A DNA stretch of 61,616 bases, the filler included, from Squatina squatina (taxonomy: Eukaryota): the NCBI GenBank assembly GCA_031763465.1. It is 3 parts of 3 records of this genome, joined end to end, with 100 filler letters (N's around TTAATTAATTAA, not from the genome) between each part and the next. Parts side by side here need not be neighbours in the genome. Positions count along the whole stretch, not along the records: positions 44,334 to 61,616 come from JARFOE010000219.1; 2 more parts are not named here. One strand, written 5' to 3'. Both the position numbers and the translations under genes were made by a program. Below, piece after piece: positions 49,934 through 61,616 of the stretch (its first letter is position 1; each line of letters opens with the position of its first letter). The notes under the pieces were generated by a model. The model did no database searches, was not told the origin of the DNA, and saw nothing but the letters and a program-made list of their open reading frames with translations.

Positions 49934-50501
49934 TTAAAGAACCAAATGGGTGTAAATCCTCTTACTCTGCGCAAAACCAGTTAATAGGAATTTATTTTAG
50001 AATCTAGAAAGATGAGCNNNNNNNNNNNNNNNNNNNNNNNNNNNNNNNNNNNNNNNNNNNNNNNNNNNNNNNNNNNNNNNNNNNNNNNNNNNNNNNNNNN
50101 NNNNNNNNNNNNNNNNNCTTAATCCAGTCTTTCTTTCCCTCTGTATTTCTTTTTCTGTATCTGATTTGACATTCAATTTACCCCCTCTAATTCACTTTCC
50201 TTCTCAGTCCTTGCACTCTTTATTTCTCAATCCTGTAATCCTATTAGTGAAGGAGATGCACTGTTTGTTCCATTGTTCACCAGGCTCCCAGGTGCCTGGT
50301 TGTCCTCACGCCATTAGCAGCTCGCACTTCCAGCAAGTTAGTGAGCAAAAACTGTTAAAACCTAAACGTGCACGAACGGTGCAGGCTCCGCTCCAGCAAA
50401 ATCTGGGCCAATGCGACATCTTATCTCAAAATGGCTACGATCATTTTTTTTAATCATTTGGTGACTCTTTTTAATGGTAATTAAAAAATGTATGTACTTA
50501 C

Positions 50502-50827
50502 AGCCAACCATCATCATAGCCACAGAAAATATCTTCTCCCCATCCGTCGTAGGAGCAATGTTGCCAAATCCTATTGTGGTAAGGCTTGTCATGGTAAAGT
50601 AAAGGGAAGATATATACAGTGAATCCTTTGTGGGTCCCCCTTCCCACTGTCCGGTGCCACTGGCATTAAAGTGGTAGGGTGTTCCAATACTTAGTCCCAG
50701 TTGATAGAGCCAGCTGTCTGTTTTTATTCTGTTGGTGACTTCATCGATGACCTCGTAGTCCCCGATACTGTACCATATGCAGGCGAGCCAATGAGCCACT
50801 AAGCCAAAAACGCAGACCAGGAGTACC
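50502..50827 (-). CDS. KCNH5: KCNH5, exon 7 equivalent (5' part in gap): S5 and pore
   Basis: [49 protein letters not shown]; donor GTAAGT. Confidence 0.95.
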
Positions 50828-50929
50828 NNNNNNNNNNNNNNNNNNNNNNNNNNNNNNNNNNNNNNNNNNNNNNNNNNNNNNNNNNNNNNNNNNNNNNNNN
50901 NNNNNNNNNNNNNNNNNNNNNNNNNNNAC

Positions 50930-51322
<393 letters not shown>

Positions 51323-51439
51323 CTAAAATAAAGGAAAAGAGACAGTAATAGCACATTATCCAAACATTTGATAACTTCGGAAAGTATAATGCATTTAAAT
51401 TTAAACTTCCCTACGATCCAGATGCACGTAGCAAACTTC

Positions 51440-52157
51440 TCAAAGGAAAAATAAGGCTAGAAGCCAGGAACGCGCCCTCTCCTCCCGCCACCCCATCTCA
51501 CTTACATTGTATTATCAGTCCTGCACCTGTAGGTGTTGGCCAAGCTGCGCCCTCCCAGGAATGTGCCTGAAATCCCAAAGGGATGATGAAGGGGAGGAGG
51601 TGAGGAGGGGAAGGAGGTACAATTGTCGGACCTTGCGAATGATGTGGCAAGAATCATCGGCGCTGAGATTGGTCAGTCAGTTGCAAGGAGTGTGTGATGC
51701 TTCCCACTGACGTTGAGGGTGAGTGACATGGCACTGACTTAACAATGACTATTCCTCCTTGTTTTGTCCACATGAAGACCTTTGCTGTGGTGCTCTGGAG
51801 GGCTCACGACTGAGACCTGACATGGGGCCATACTTTTATGTAGCTTTTATGCCATTGTGTCTTTCAGATATGCCTTCATCTCCTGAAATGGAAGGCCCAG
51901 CTGAGGAGGGGAGCAAATCACCAGATGGCTCGAGAGATCCTCAGGCAGAAGCTGTACAAATGCAGGCTGCTGAGGAAGAGGCTGCCGCCGTGGAGGAGGG
52001 GTGGNNNNNNNNNNNNNNNNNNNNNNNNNNNNNNNNNNNNNNNNNNNNNNNNNNNNNNNNNNNNNNNNNNNNNNNNNNNNNNNNNNNNNNNNNNNNNNNN
52101 NNNNGGGCAGGAATCCGCACAGAAGAGTGCAAGAGTTTACACCAGAATTTCCAGCCC
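51440..52157. mobile_element. Probable Harbinger-derived fragments
   Basis: GC-richer block with acceptor TCTTTCAG|ATATGCC and an acidic ORF, then a TIR-like end GAATTTCCAGCCC followed by TAA. Confidence 0.4.
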
Positions 52158-53597
52158 TAAATGGTGTCTCCATATAACATTTGCTTGATAATTGTTTATA
52201 TGATGTACAATAGCTAAGCAAGGTAGTTTAAAAGTCTGGCTATGTGTGTAGGTATGTTTTAAATCCACACATTAAATGTCATCTTATTGTACTAATGAGC
52301 GAAATTTAGTACTTAAAAAAAATCACTTGGCACAAGGAGATGAACCAATAAAACAGCCTTGTGGAGGAGGCTTTTTAATAAATCTTCAAAATAGACTTCA
52401 TTCCATAATCTAACCCAAATAGCTTGCTAAAAATAAACACTGTTTGTTAAAGAAGAATATCGCTCAACAGTCTAAAATAAAACAGGTATTATTACCATCC
52501 AATATATCAGCCAAAACAAGGTAGACAAGCACTTACAGTGGCAAAATTATTTTTCATATCATGGTATTTCAGCTTGAAGATAGACTGCTAACTGAACAAT
52601 ATTACTTTCTGTACCAGCATTCTACGTATGCGGGATGCAGTATTATTGATGTGTTCTCCTCACCAAGGTAGATATCAAAATATCCCAGTCTACTCATATT
52701 TAGATTATTGCTCTTTTAGTTCAAATTTCACAAAAAAAAACTGCCTCATGGCAATTTTAAAAAAATTTCAGAACCACCAGAGTTTGTTTTTTCCAACCTC
52801 TTCATGTGAAAATCATTTTAACTTCCCATTTAAAAAATCATTTTCAATATGCACTATTCCAAAACATGCTTGAAATTAGCCACAGGGCAAGGCACTCACG
52901 CGGTGCTAAAATAAAATAGACAAGCTGAGCAGCTGAATAGTAGATCATAATGCCAAGCCTACAAATACAGAGCCAAGTGGATGTGATTAGAGCTTTGCAA
53001 TTTCATCCAATTTACCGATGAAAAGTTTTTGTTGAGGTGAGCAGAATTTACTTGGGCTGTTCCACATTACACGTTACAGTCAATGGTACCTGCAAGTGTT
53101 TGAGAATCGGACACAACTCTAGGTTTCAGTTACACTAAATGCTGGGAGTGGTTGGGCACAGGGTCTTCCCTTGGTGATGGTGGGGCGTCTAGATGGGCAA
53201 AGTCGGTGGGTCAGGAGCCTCATTGAGCGCTGGCTCGGTAAGGCTTGGGCAGTAAGTAGCCACTGGAGATGCTGCTGAAGGCATTGACGAGGAGGAATAT
53301 CCCCGCTCATTCAATTAAGCTGGCTTTTATTTGGATCAGTGAAAAACTTAAATTGGGATGAAATTAAAGCTCAGTAAGGAACAGATGGTTCTTAATGGAT
53401 AAAAACAAGCTATTCTGACTCTAAAGGAGTCTTTGTACTCACAAAAATGTTCAAAAACAACTGACATAGTAGAGAAATGCATGAATCCGTAATTGAAGAA
53501 GTGGAATTACTTTATGGACATTTGTAAACAATTACCATTTCAAATTAATCCCAAGAAAAATCTTAAGATATTTGGATTTATAATTGAATTATAATTA

Positions 53598-53735
<138 letters not shown>

Positions 53736-54729
53736 CTATTTTAGAATGTCACCTACCTGTGTTTTTGCAGGCATCATGCCCCTGGTCTTAATTAGCTTTG
53801 TGCTAGACTGCAACCATAAGGGAAAGCGATATTTACTGTTGGGAATCACCACATAAATGTTGCACTAATTCATTCAATAAAGGTAATCTGTAAAGAATAT
53901 CTTGTGCACCTTAAGAATATCTTGTGCATGTTCTGTAAAATAAAGTTGTGAGAGGGAGTTGTAGCATTTGTTATAATGCCATAGTTGGCAACTGTCTGCC
54001 TTTTTGTTGATAGTCAGCATTTTGACCTGTTATCTGTGCTTGTTGGAACTCAACAGACATTCAAATTTCCCACCCTCTTCCAAGGTTGCCCCATGAGTCA
54101 CCGTGGTTCAGTAGCGCTACTCATGTATTACAAGCAACATGTTTCCCATGGTTGGTGGAACAGGTCAGCAGGCAGAGGGGAAGAGAGCCAGGCAAGAAGT
54201 CAGGAAGAGATCACAATTACTTCAGCACGCTGAGGCCACACACTCGAGTATGGTACTGAGGGGCCTGGTGCTCAAGACAGGTCAACCTCTGTTGAAAACA
54301 TAAAAGGGGCACTGGTTGCAAAGAGGAGGAGGTAAATCCTGGAAATGGGGCTGAAAAGAGCCGGGACAGAAGGCATAATTCAGTGAAGCATGAGTAATTT
54401 GGTCTGAGCTTATGGTAACATCAGAAGAGCAGAGAAGTGCATTCACAAGGTGAACCTTATGATATTATTAAAAATGTCTTGTTTCAAAAAATAAATTGTG
54501 AGCTTAAGAGCTCAAAGGCAAGCACTGCAGGATGCATCAATGCCAACCGTCTGCGTTTTACGCAGTCAGCCTTTCAGACCCAGTGTTTGCTTGTCTGTGT
54601 TTGCTAATGAAGAGCAGTGGAGACTCAATNNNNNNNNNNNNNNNNNNNNNNNNNNNNNNNNNNNNNNNNNNNNNNNNNNNNNNNNNNNNNNNNNNNNNNN
54701 NNNNNNNNNNNNNNNNNNNNNNNNNNNNN

Positions 54730-55010
54730 TCACCCTGCAGCCATGTCTCCGTAAGCGCAACTATATCATAACCGTTTACCTCTATTTGCGCTGTTAATTC
54801 ATCTACCTTATTGCGAATGCTTCGGGCATTAAGATACATTGCCTTTAGACCTGTCTTTTTAACATTTTTAATCATCGTAACCTTTTTTTGTACTATGGCC
54901 CTATTTGCTTCTCGCCCTTCTTTTCCCTGCCTTCCACTTTTGCTGTCTCCTTTTCTGTTTTTCATTTCTATCCTTGTTTCCCACTCCTCTGTCTCCCTGT
55001 TCAGGTTCTC
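54730..55010 (-). mobile_element. CR1 LINE ORF2 start (AP endonuclease)
   Basis: YLNARSIRNKVDEL..YDIVALTETWLQ. Confidence 0.92.
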
Positions 55011-55517
55011 ATTTTGGACAAGGCTGTAATGAGGTCTGGAGCCAAGTTGTGGTCGTTGCCAAGCTACAAAAAAGTCCCCGCTTTGCCAAGCAGTTCCTAA
55101 ATTCAGCAGTACATATAAAATAGCTTTGAAGTGTTGTTGACATTTAATTGATCATTATTGCTTTGCCAAGTGGAAAATATTTAAGCTGGAGTGCTTGCAA
55201 AAGGTGCATTTGCATCCCTTTTAAGCTGCCTTGATACGGCATTTTCTGCACCAGTGCTACGAGACTAGCAAAATGGCAATATTATTTCACACTTGTGGGC
55301 CTGTATCCGATGAACTTAGAGCACCGCCAAAACATGTTTTTGCTTCTACTGGCAGCAGCAGTCTTCTTGCTGGTGTTACTGCAGTCTGGGTTTCAATTCA
55401 ACCAACTGATCCCACCAGCTCTTTTAAGAAATTAACTTTAACCAAATGCTGGGGAGCAGCACACCATTATTGAGTGTGCATGAGCAACAGTGCTATCAGT
55501 GAACATTAAAACATTTA

Positions 55518-55679
<162 letters not shown>

Positions 55680-55834
55680 TTATGCCATTCAGTACTGCAT
55701 TTGATGGGCTACATTTTGGATGTAGACGTATTGAAAATATTTATATAAGTACGGCATAATTACTATTCATATGTGTAAAACAATTATATCTTCCACAAGA
55801 TCATTGGGTTAACTTATAATTTCACCAAGATGAT

Positions 55835-56202
55835 TTTCTACGTAACATAGATTCTGAAACAGTTCCTGCAGATTGGAGAGTGGCAAATGTAACCCCACTA
55901 TTTAAAAAAAGAGAGAAAACAGTGATATACAGACCGGTTAGCCTAACATCAGTAGTGGGGAAAATACTAGAGTCTGTTATAAAGGATGTGATGACGGAAC
56001 ATTGGACAGCATTAATGGGATTTGACAAAGTCAACATGGATTTATGAAAAGGAAATCATGTTTGACAAACCTATTGGAGTTTTTTGAGGATGTAACTAGT
56101 AGAATAGATAAGGGGGAACCAGTGAATGTGGTGTATTTGGATTTTCAGAAGGCTTTCAATAAGGTCCCACACAGGAGGTTGGTGAACAAAGTTAGAGCAC
56201 AT
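55835..56202 (+). mobile_element. CR1 LINE RT fragment
   Basis: VPADWRVANVTPLFKK, YRPVSLTSVVGK and QHGFMKRKSCLTNLLEFF..YLDFQKAF. Confidence 0.93.
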
Positions 56203-56499
56203 NNNNNNNNNNNNNNNNNNNNNNNNNNNNNNNNNNNNNNNNNNNNNNNNNNNNNNNNNNNNNNNNNNNNNNNNNNNNNNNNNNNNNNNNNNNNNNNNNN
56301 NNGTGCAAATGATTCACTGCTGATCTCCAGGGTTATGCCCTCTGTGTCATGCTTCCATGACTAATGTTTTTGCTCTCTCTCTGCTCTGTGGAGTGCCAGC
56401 AGTCAACAGGAAAGATTTGAATGGACATGCCTACTGAGCCCACTTTAAGGTGCTGGCTCTTGTAAAAGTGAGCTATTAAAACCTAATTTTGAGGTTTTC

Positions 56500-56754
56500 T
56501 GATGGCTCATTTGTACAATACACTGTTCAGTGTGGAATTGAGCCATACTGATTGGAAGGTCCTAGATTCCTAGTGTAGACTGGTTTAATTGATCTCCACT
56601 AGGGTGATGATTGGAGCATGACAATTGATCGATGTAGCCAAGCTTTAAAAAAAAATCTTGAGTTCCTGATTCTTATTCAGTGATGCCTCCTGGAAAGTGT
56701 CATATGTAGCAATCAGGTGAGAGCTTGCATGTGACGCCCATCGCTGTTGAATAG
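56500..56754 (+). mobile_element. LF-SINE-like relic
   Basis: TGAGCCATAC..GGAAGGTCCTAGATTC..TTCCTGATTCTTATTCAGTGATGCCTCCTGGAAAGTG. Confidence 0.55.
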
Positions 56755-56980
56755 GGGAACGGTAGAGTATTGGTTATGTTACTGGATTAGTAATCCAGAG
56801 ACCTGGACTAATAATCCAGCATGGCAGTTTGAGAATTTGAATTCGTTTTTAAAAATCTGGAAATACAAAGCTGGTATCACCATGAAGCTGTTGTAAAAAC
56901 CCAGCAGATTCACTAATATTTGTTAGCAAGGCAACCTGCCTGACTTATATGTGACTCCAGATATACATAACAACTCAGGA
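56755..56980 (+). mobile_element. Degenerate tRNA-derived SINE of a second family
   Basis: GGTTATGTTACTGGATTAGTAATCCAGAG..GTTGTAAAAACCCA..TGTGACTCCAGA resembles a recalled common elasmobranch SINE. Confidence 0.55.
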
Positions 56981-58174
56981 GGGCATACACCATTGTAACA
57001 CATTCCCAACAATCCAGTATCGAATGGTGAATATTAAAAACCACTATAAATGTATATTTTATACTTAAACGGTCTTTATAAACTTAAGTTCATAACATGG
57101 CCAGACTGTTCAACAGACTGCCTGGGCTTCACATTAGACTCGAGTCATCTTCCATCCAGTGCAAAACCAGAGAGAAATGAAAGTAGCTGCTGCAATTGTT
57201 TCGCTTCTCTGTAAAAATGTGCATGTTAGACATTAAACTGACACCTCAGTCATACCATTGATTTTATGGTGATGCAAAATAGAATACACTTTGCAATGAT
57301 TTCAAAGTGGTACTATATCTAGCCTAGATCTTGAATCAAAGATACATGACATTCTTTGAGAATTCTGAGTATGGAGCTAACAGAAATAGAACTGTCATGT
57401 TCAATGCTCACTTCACATACTCACTTTCCTCTTGCAGAAAAACTAGCACAAAGCGGACACTGCACTTCAGTATAATTTTATTCATAACCTGTTTCCTTTA
57501 AATCAATGCATTGTGGAATATGGACTGAATTGCGAATGTTTTAATGTTTTGCATTTCTTCCGCTATGATGAGCTTCTGACGAATAAATAATCTCGCTTTC
57601 ATTATACAGTACAATAACTGTATTTACAAACCATCTCCTTCATTTGAATTTCAAAGACCATCTAAAAACATCATTCAGCAATTGAGTGAATACAAGAGGA
57701 TCAAAGAAATCAATAATGTAGAATTGAACAGAGTATAACATTAGGAATTTCACTGATGAAATAAAAATATACATAAGAATGTTTTTTTTTTCACTGGGAT
57801 AATAACATTTAGGCTGCATTCACACAACGGTAGTGCTGGCGCAAAGCGAAGTGAGACTCTCTGCAGGAGGACAGAATCTTACTCCACTTCACCACAGTTT
57901 CAGACCACTCCTTGAATCCAGATTTGCACTGCAGCTTCTTTGTGTCATTGTAAAACCACCTTGTGTAAATGCAGCCTTCTGCTAAATATATCAACATTCG
58001 TAACACTTTTAGCAATGCTGATTTAAGAAGATAATTGAATTACAGATTTTAATGCATATATTTTGACCTGAAAANNNNNNNNNNNNNNNNNNNNNNNNNN
58101 NNNNNNNNNNNNNNNNNNNNNNNNNNNNNNNNNNNNNNNNNNNNNNNNNNNNNNNNNNNNNNNNNNNNNNNNNN

Positions 58175-58345
58175 AAGATGAAGCAGACTTGCTTGACCCC
58201 AGTTTGCACTTGTATTGGGTCTGTGGTGGATCCATTGATGAGAATCATGGCTTGCATGTGATCGTGGAGCAGGCAGAGGATGGTGACGAATTCTTGCGGG
58301 CAGCCAAATTTGAGACGGACACTCCATAATCCGGAGAGCATCACT
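58175..58345 (-). mobile_element. RTE-clade LINE RT fragment
   Basis: GLWSV.LKFGCPQEFVTIL.LLHD.M.A..NGSTTDPI.VQTGVKQ.C. Confidence 0.88.
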
Positions 58346-58532
58346 CTAACAGATCTACAACACACACTGTTACAGCCCATAAAAATCTGCGATCTCTGGT
58401 TATGTATGCACACTCGTGGTTCTTTTGCTTTGAGGCAGATTAAGATGCTTGGTGAGAAATGCTGTTGCATTCACTGTTGTTGATATAAGATAGAGGAGAG
58501 GAAAAGGAATGATGCTTTATTTGGACATAGTG

Positions 58533-59080
58533 TCAGCTGTGGCTCAATGGGTAACACACTCACCTCCCAGCCAGAAGGTTGTGGGTTGTGCCATCCACCT
58601 CTTACATCGAGTCTACAGTACTGAAACAGGCCATTCAGCTGAATTGGTCTATGCTGGCATTTATGCTCCACACAAGCCTCCTCCAACCCCTCTCCCACTC
58701 CAAGCGCATATAATTCTTGGCTGACACTCCAGTGCAGTGCTGAGGGAGCACTGCACTTTCAGAGGTGTTATTTTTCAGATGAAAAAACTGAGGCCTTGTC
58801 TGCTCTCTCAGGTGGACATAAAAGATCCCATAGCACTATTTCGAAGAAGTGCAGGGTAGTTATCCCTGGTTTCCTGGCCAACATTTATCCCGCAATCAAC
58901 ATAACCAAACAGATTATCTGGTCATTTTCACATTGCCGTTTGTGGGAACTTGCTGTGTGCAAATTGGCTGCCATGTTACAACAGTGACTACACTTCAAAA
59001 GTACTTCATTGGCTGTAAAGCGCTTTGAGACGTCCAATGGTCGTGAAAGGCGCTATAGAAATGCAAGTCTTTCTTTTTTT
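58533..59080 (+). mobile_element. Near full-length Deu-domain SINE with nested CR1 3' fragment (~58588-58693)
   Basis: tRNA head, Deu core and L2 tail AAAGGCGCTATAGAAATGCAAG(T)n; the head is interrupted by ACAGTACTGAAACAGGCCATTCAGC, an antisense CR1 end. Confidence 0.85.
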
Positions 59081-61436
59081 TCCTTTCATACATGGAAATA
59101 ACTTTAACTTGTGCTTTATGATTGTAATGAGCTATAAAATAGGCCACGATGCTGAGTGTTTAGATCTTGCAGAGTTACTAACTGTTATACACTACTGCGC
59201 ACTATAGTAAGCTAATATTAGTTTTTTTTTGATTCCTGCATATCTAAGTATTTTGAGTTTATGAATCATTAAAAATAAACACAAAGTGGCTTATCAGTGA
59301 TTCCAATTTATTTCCTACTGATGAAGTGGATTTAGCTGTCTTGGTGCACCTGGTGGGATTTTGTGGTATTATGGTGTATGGTACACATTGCATACAGATC
59401 TTTATTAATTAATTTTCAATAAAAGACGCTGAATAATATCGAAAATGACACGCTGCTGCTGAGGCAACTGCAATTCAAAGGTGTTTCATAGTTTGCAATA
59501 TACATTTATGCCAGTCAGGCTTATGAACTTTGCACCTATGCCGTACCATTTCAATCTCAAGTCTGGCTTATTGTTCCAAGCCCATAGCACTAAGGAAATG
59601 ATTAATTTGTAATAAAATATTAATGCATTTGTTTTTTAAAAGTCTAGTGCATATTAAGTTGTATATAAAGTGCTATGAAATTAGTTAATCTTTTTAAAGC
59701 TTCACCGTCATGGCATATGTGACTAAAACCCTTTGGGCTAAAAATTTGATTGCCCCCCCCCAAAAAGGGACACAGGGATTGCGATACACAATCAACTCGC
59801 GCCTATTCAAAGCAAGCTGCCTGAAAGAGTGGTGGAGGCAGGCTCAATCACTGTTTTCAAAAGAAAGTTGGAAAAATAGCTGAAAAATGGCCAAGCAAAC
59901 CACCAAGTTTACACCTAAATCTGTTTCTAGGATCTAGATTTAAACAACCTATCTGGTTCCATATTGAATTATTTGATTTCGACCCACTTTCCCATGGTTA
60001 AAATAAGATATTGTTTAACTTCCTGTTTCCTTTACAAGTTTTGTTTTTAGACAGCAAAAGTGGGGACGGGCGGATTAGTTATCTGCACGAGTAAGGGATG
60101 ATCCTGTAAGGACTCTGTATTTTATGTCCGTCAGTTCTACTCTTAAAATAAATATTTACACATCAAAGAAAGTTCCACTGCCCTTGAATACAGTATCACA
60201 GGAAACAGCAGTCCGGAAAACAGACACTGGACCCTTTTCAATGGCAGTGGGGTTTTTTTTGTACGAAAACAATCACATACTATAACAGAACCAAATCTAA
60301 TAATCTATGTATGAGATCTGAGACATGTATGAGAGATGACAACGAATCCTTAGAAGTCGATCAAACAAATAATTCATTTTTAATGGTTTAATCATAATAT
60401 ATATATTCATGCGTGATTCTCAAGCAATTCACCATTATTACTGCCTAAAAAAAATCTAAAACGGAAACTTACAACACTGCTTTAGTGTATGTTACAACTC
60501 CAGTTTTAGATTGCACTCTGTTTTAGAAGGACTGAAAGTTTATAAGCATTTTATACTACTTGGCTCAAGAGACTTGCAAAAATGGTTTTCTTTATATACA
60601 GAGGCCAAATAAGAAGTTTGTTTCTAATTAATGTACGATATTTATTAACAAATGCATGTAGGTCCTCTTGGCAATTAAGGTACCAAAATATACAACAGTG
60701 TATCTAAATGAGTAATGAAACACTCTAAATTTGAACATACAATGTATAAAATTGTCCTTTTGCACAAGTCACAGATCGTTAACAAAGAAGCTCATATTTC
60801 ATAATTTTTCCAACACAATATTTTGGTGCTTGCAGGCCATAAACCCCACAAGGATATCTGGATTCGGTTGTGGTCGGAATATAACTCCAAATAAATCGTT
60901 TAATTAACATCTTAACTAGCACATTATCAACAACATTAACAAAAGGTTGACAATTTTTCGAGTTTCAAATCATGTATTATAAAAAAAATACTTTTTTTGA
61001 TCGAATCAGATTTTTTTTAATCACATTTAATTAAGTCACGCTCGTAAGTCTCATGGGGATCTAAATTACAAAACTGCATATTGCTTTACAATCTTCCCGA
61101 ACTCCAGACTTTATTTGCTCCCCCCGCCGCATTGTGCACATGAATTATCAGATTACACCAACTTTCTCTAAATGCAATGAAAGCCCGCATTCCTGCATCA
61201 GCGAATAAAATCCTGATTTAGGACGGTCGGAAGATTGAGATTGTTGTATTTTTTTTTTAATTTAGAGACCAGGTTTGAGTATTGCGTTTGCAGTTTGTTA
61301 TTGAAAAAAAAAATTTGGAAGGAAACAGACGCTCTTGGGATTTAGCTAAAAGATCCTGGCGCAGTTCCGTGACACACACACACAGCTCCCATTGTATTCG
61401 CTTGCTGCTTTTGCACATCTCCTAATTTGGATTTAC

Positions 61437-61616
61437 CGGGAAACTCATTTCCTGAGGCTGGAAGAGGGAGCGCGGGCTGGAGAGGCGGCAGGGACCGAGT
61501 GACGGACAGCGGCCGTCTCTCGATGGCGAGCGGCCGGCACTGAGGACGATGCCGGGGGCTGGGAAAGAGCAGCAGCAGCAGCCGCAGAGGCCCAGGGAGC
61601 AGAGCAGCAGCAGCAG
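61437..61616 (-). other. CpG-rich candidate first exon/promoter region running off the window
   Basis: Abrupt GC/CpG rise, (CAG)n runs and donor CCG|GTAAAT at 61437. It does not encode the canonical KCNH5 start MPGGKRGLVAP. Confidence 0.45.

Noticed and set aside
53893-53928. AAGAATATCTTGTGCA direct repeat as an array
   Set aside because: Only two copies; a simple tandem duplication. There is no CRISPR-like array anywhere in the window.
57418-57500. Minus-strand donor AAA|GTGAGT as KCNH5 exon 1
   Set aside because: The upstream sequence does not encode the PAS-cap and has no clear frame.
61549-61616. Plus-strand ATG CCG GGG (MPGAGK) as the KCNH5 start
   Set aside because: Wrong strand for the KCNH5 exons, and the sequence diverges after MPG.

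Overview
Eukaryotic, AT-rich, heavily gapped vertebrate genomic DNA. The repeats (CR1, L2 and RTE LINEs, Deu-domain and LF-type tRNA SINEs, Penelope elements, PIF/Harbinger transposons) point to a cartilaginous fish, probably a shark. Two artificial N-TTAATTAATTAA-N linkers (28163-28262 and 44234-44333) show that three unrelated scaffolds are concatenated. Piece 1 (1-28162) holds FMN2 (first coding exon plus a second large ORF), CHRM3 and one macoilin exon. Piece 2 (28263-44233) holds five exons of a delta-type ionotropic glutamate receptor. Piece 3 (44334-61616) holds five exons of KCNH5 (Eag2). No prokaryote-type system (CRISPR, operon, defence island) is present. Most notable: (1) CHRM3 has an in-frame TAA in its third intracellular loop plus substitutions at normally conserved sites; (2) FMN2 has an open N-terminal extension resembling the FMN1 N-terminus, and a nearby ORF resembles the FMN1 isoform-IV exon; (3) the delta receptor is GRID2-like but divergent and apparently compact, possibly a third GluD paralogue. 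All comparisons with human proteins and repeat consensuses are by eye from recalled sequences and need real alignments. The 100-N gaps are probably of unknown size, so distances and adjacency across them are uncertain.
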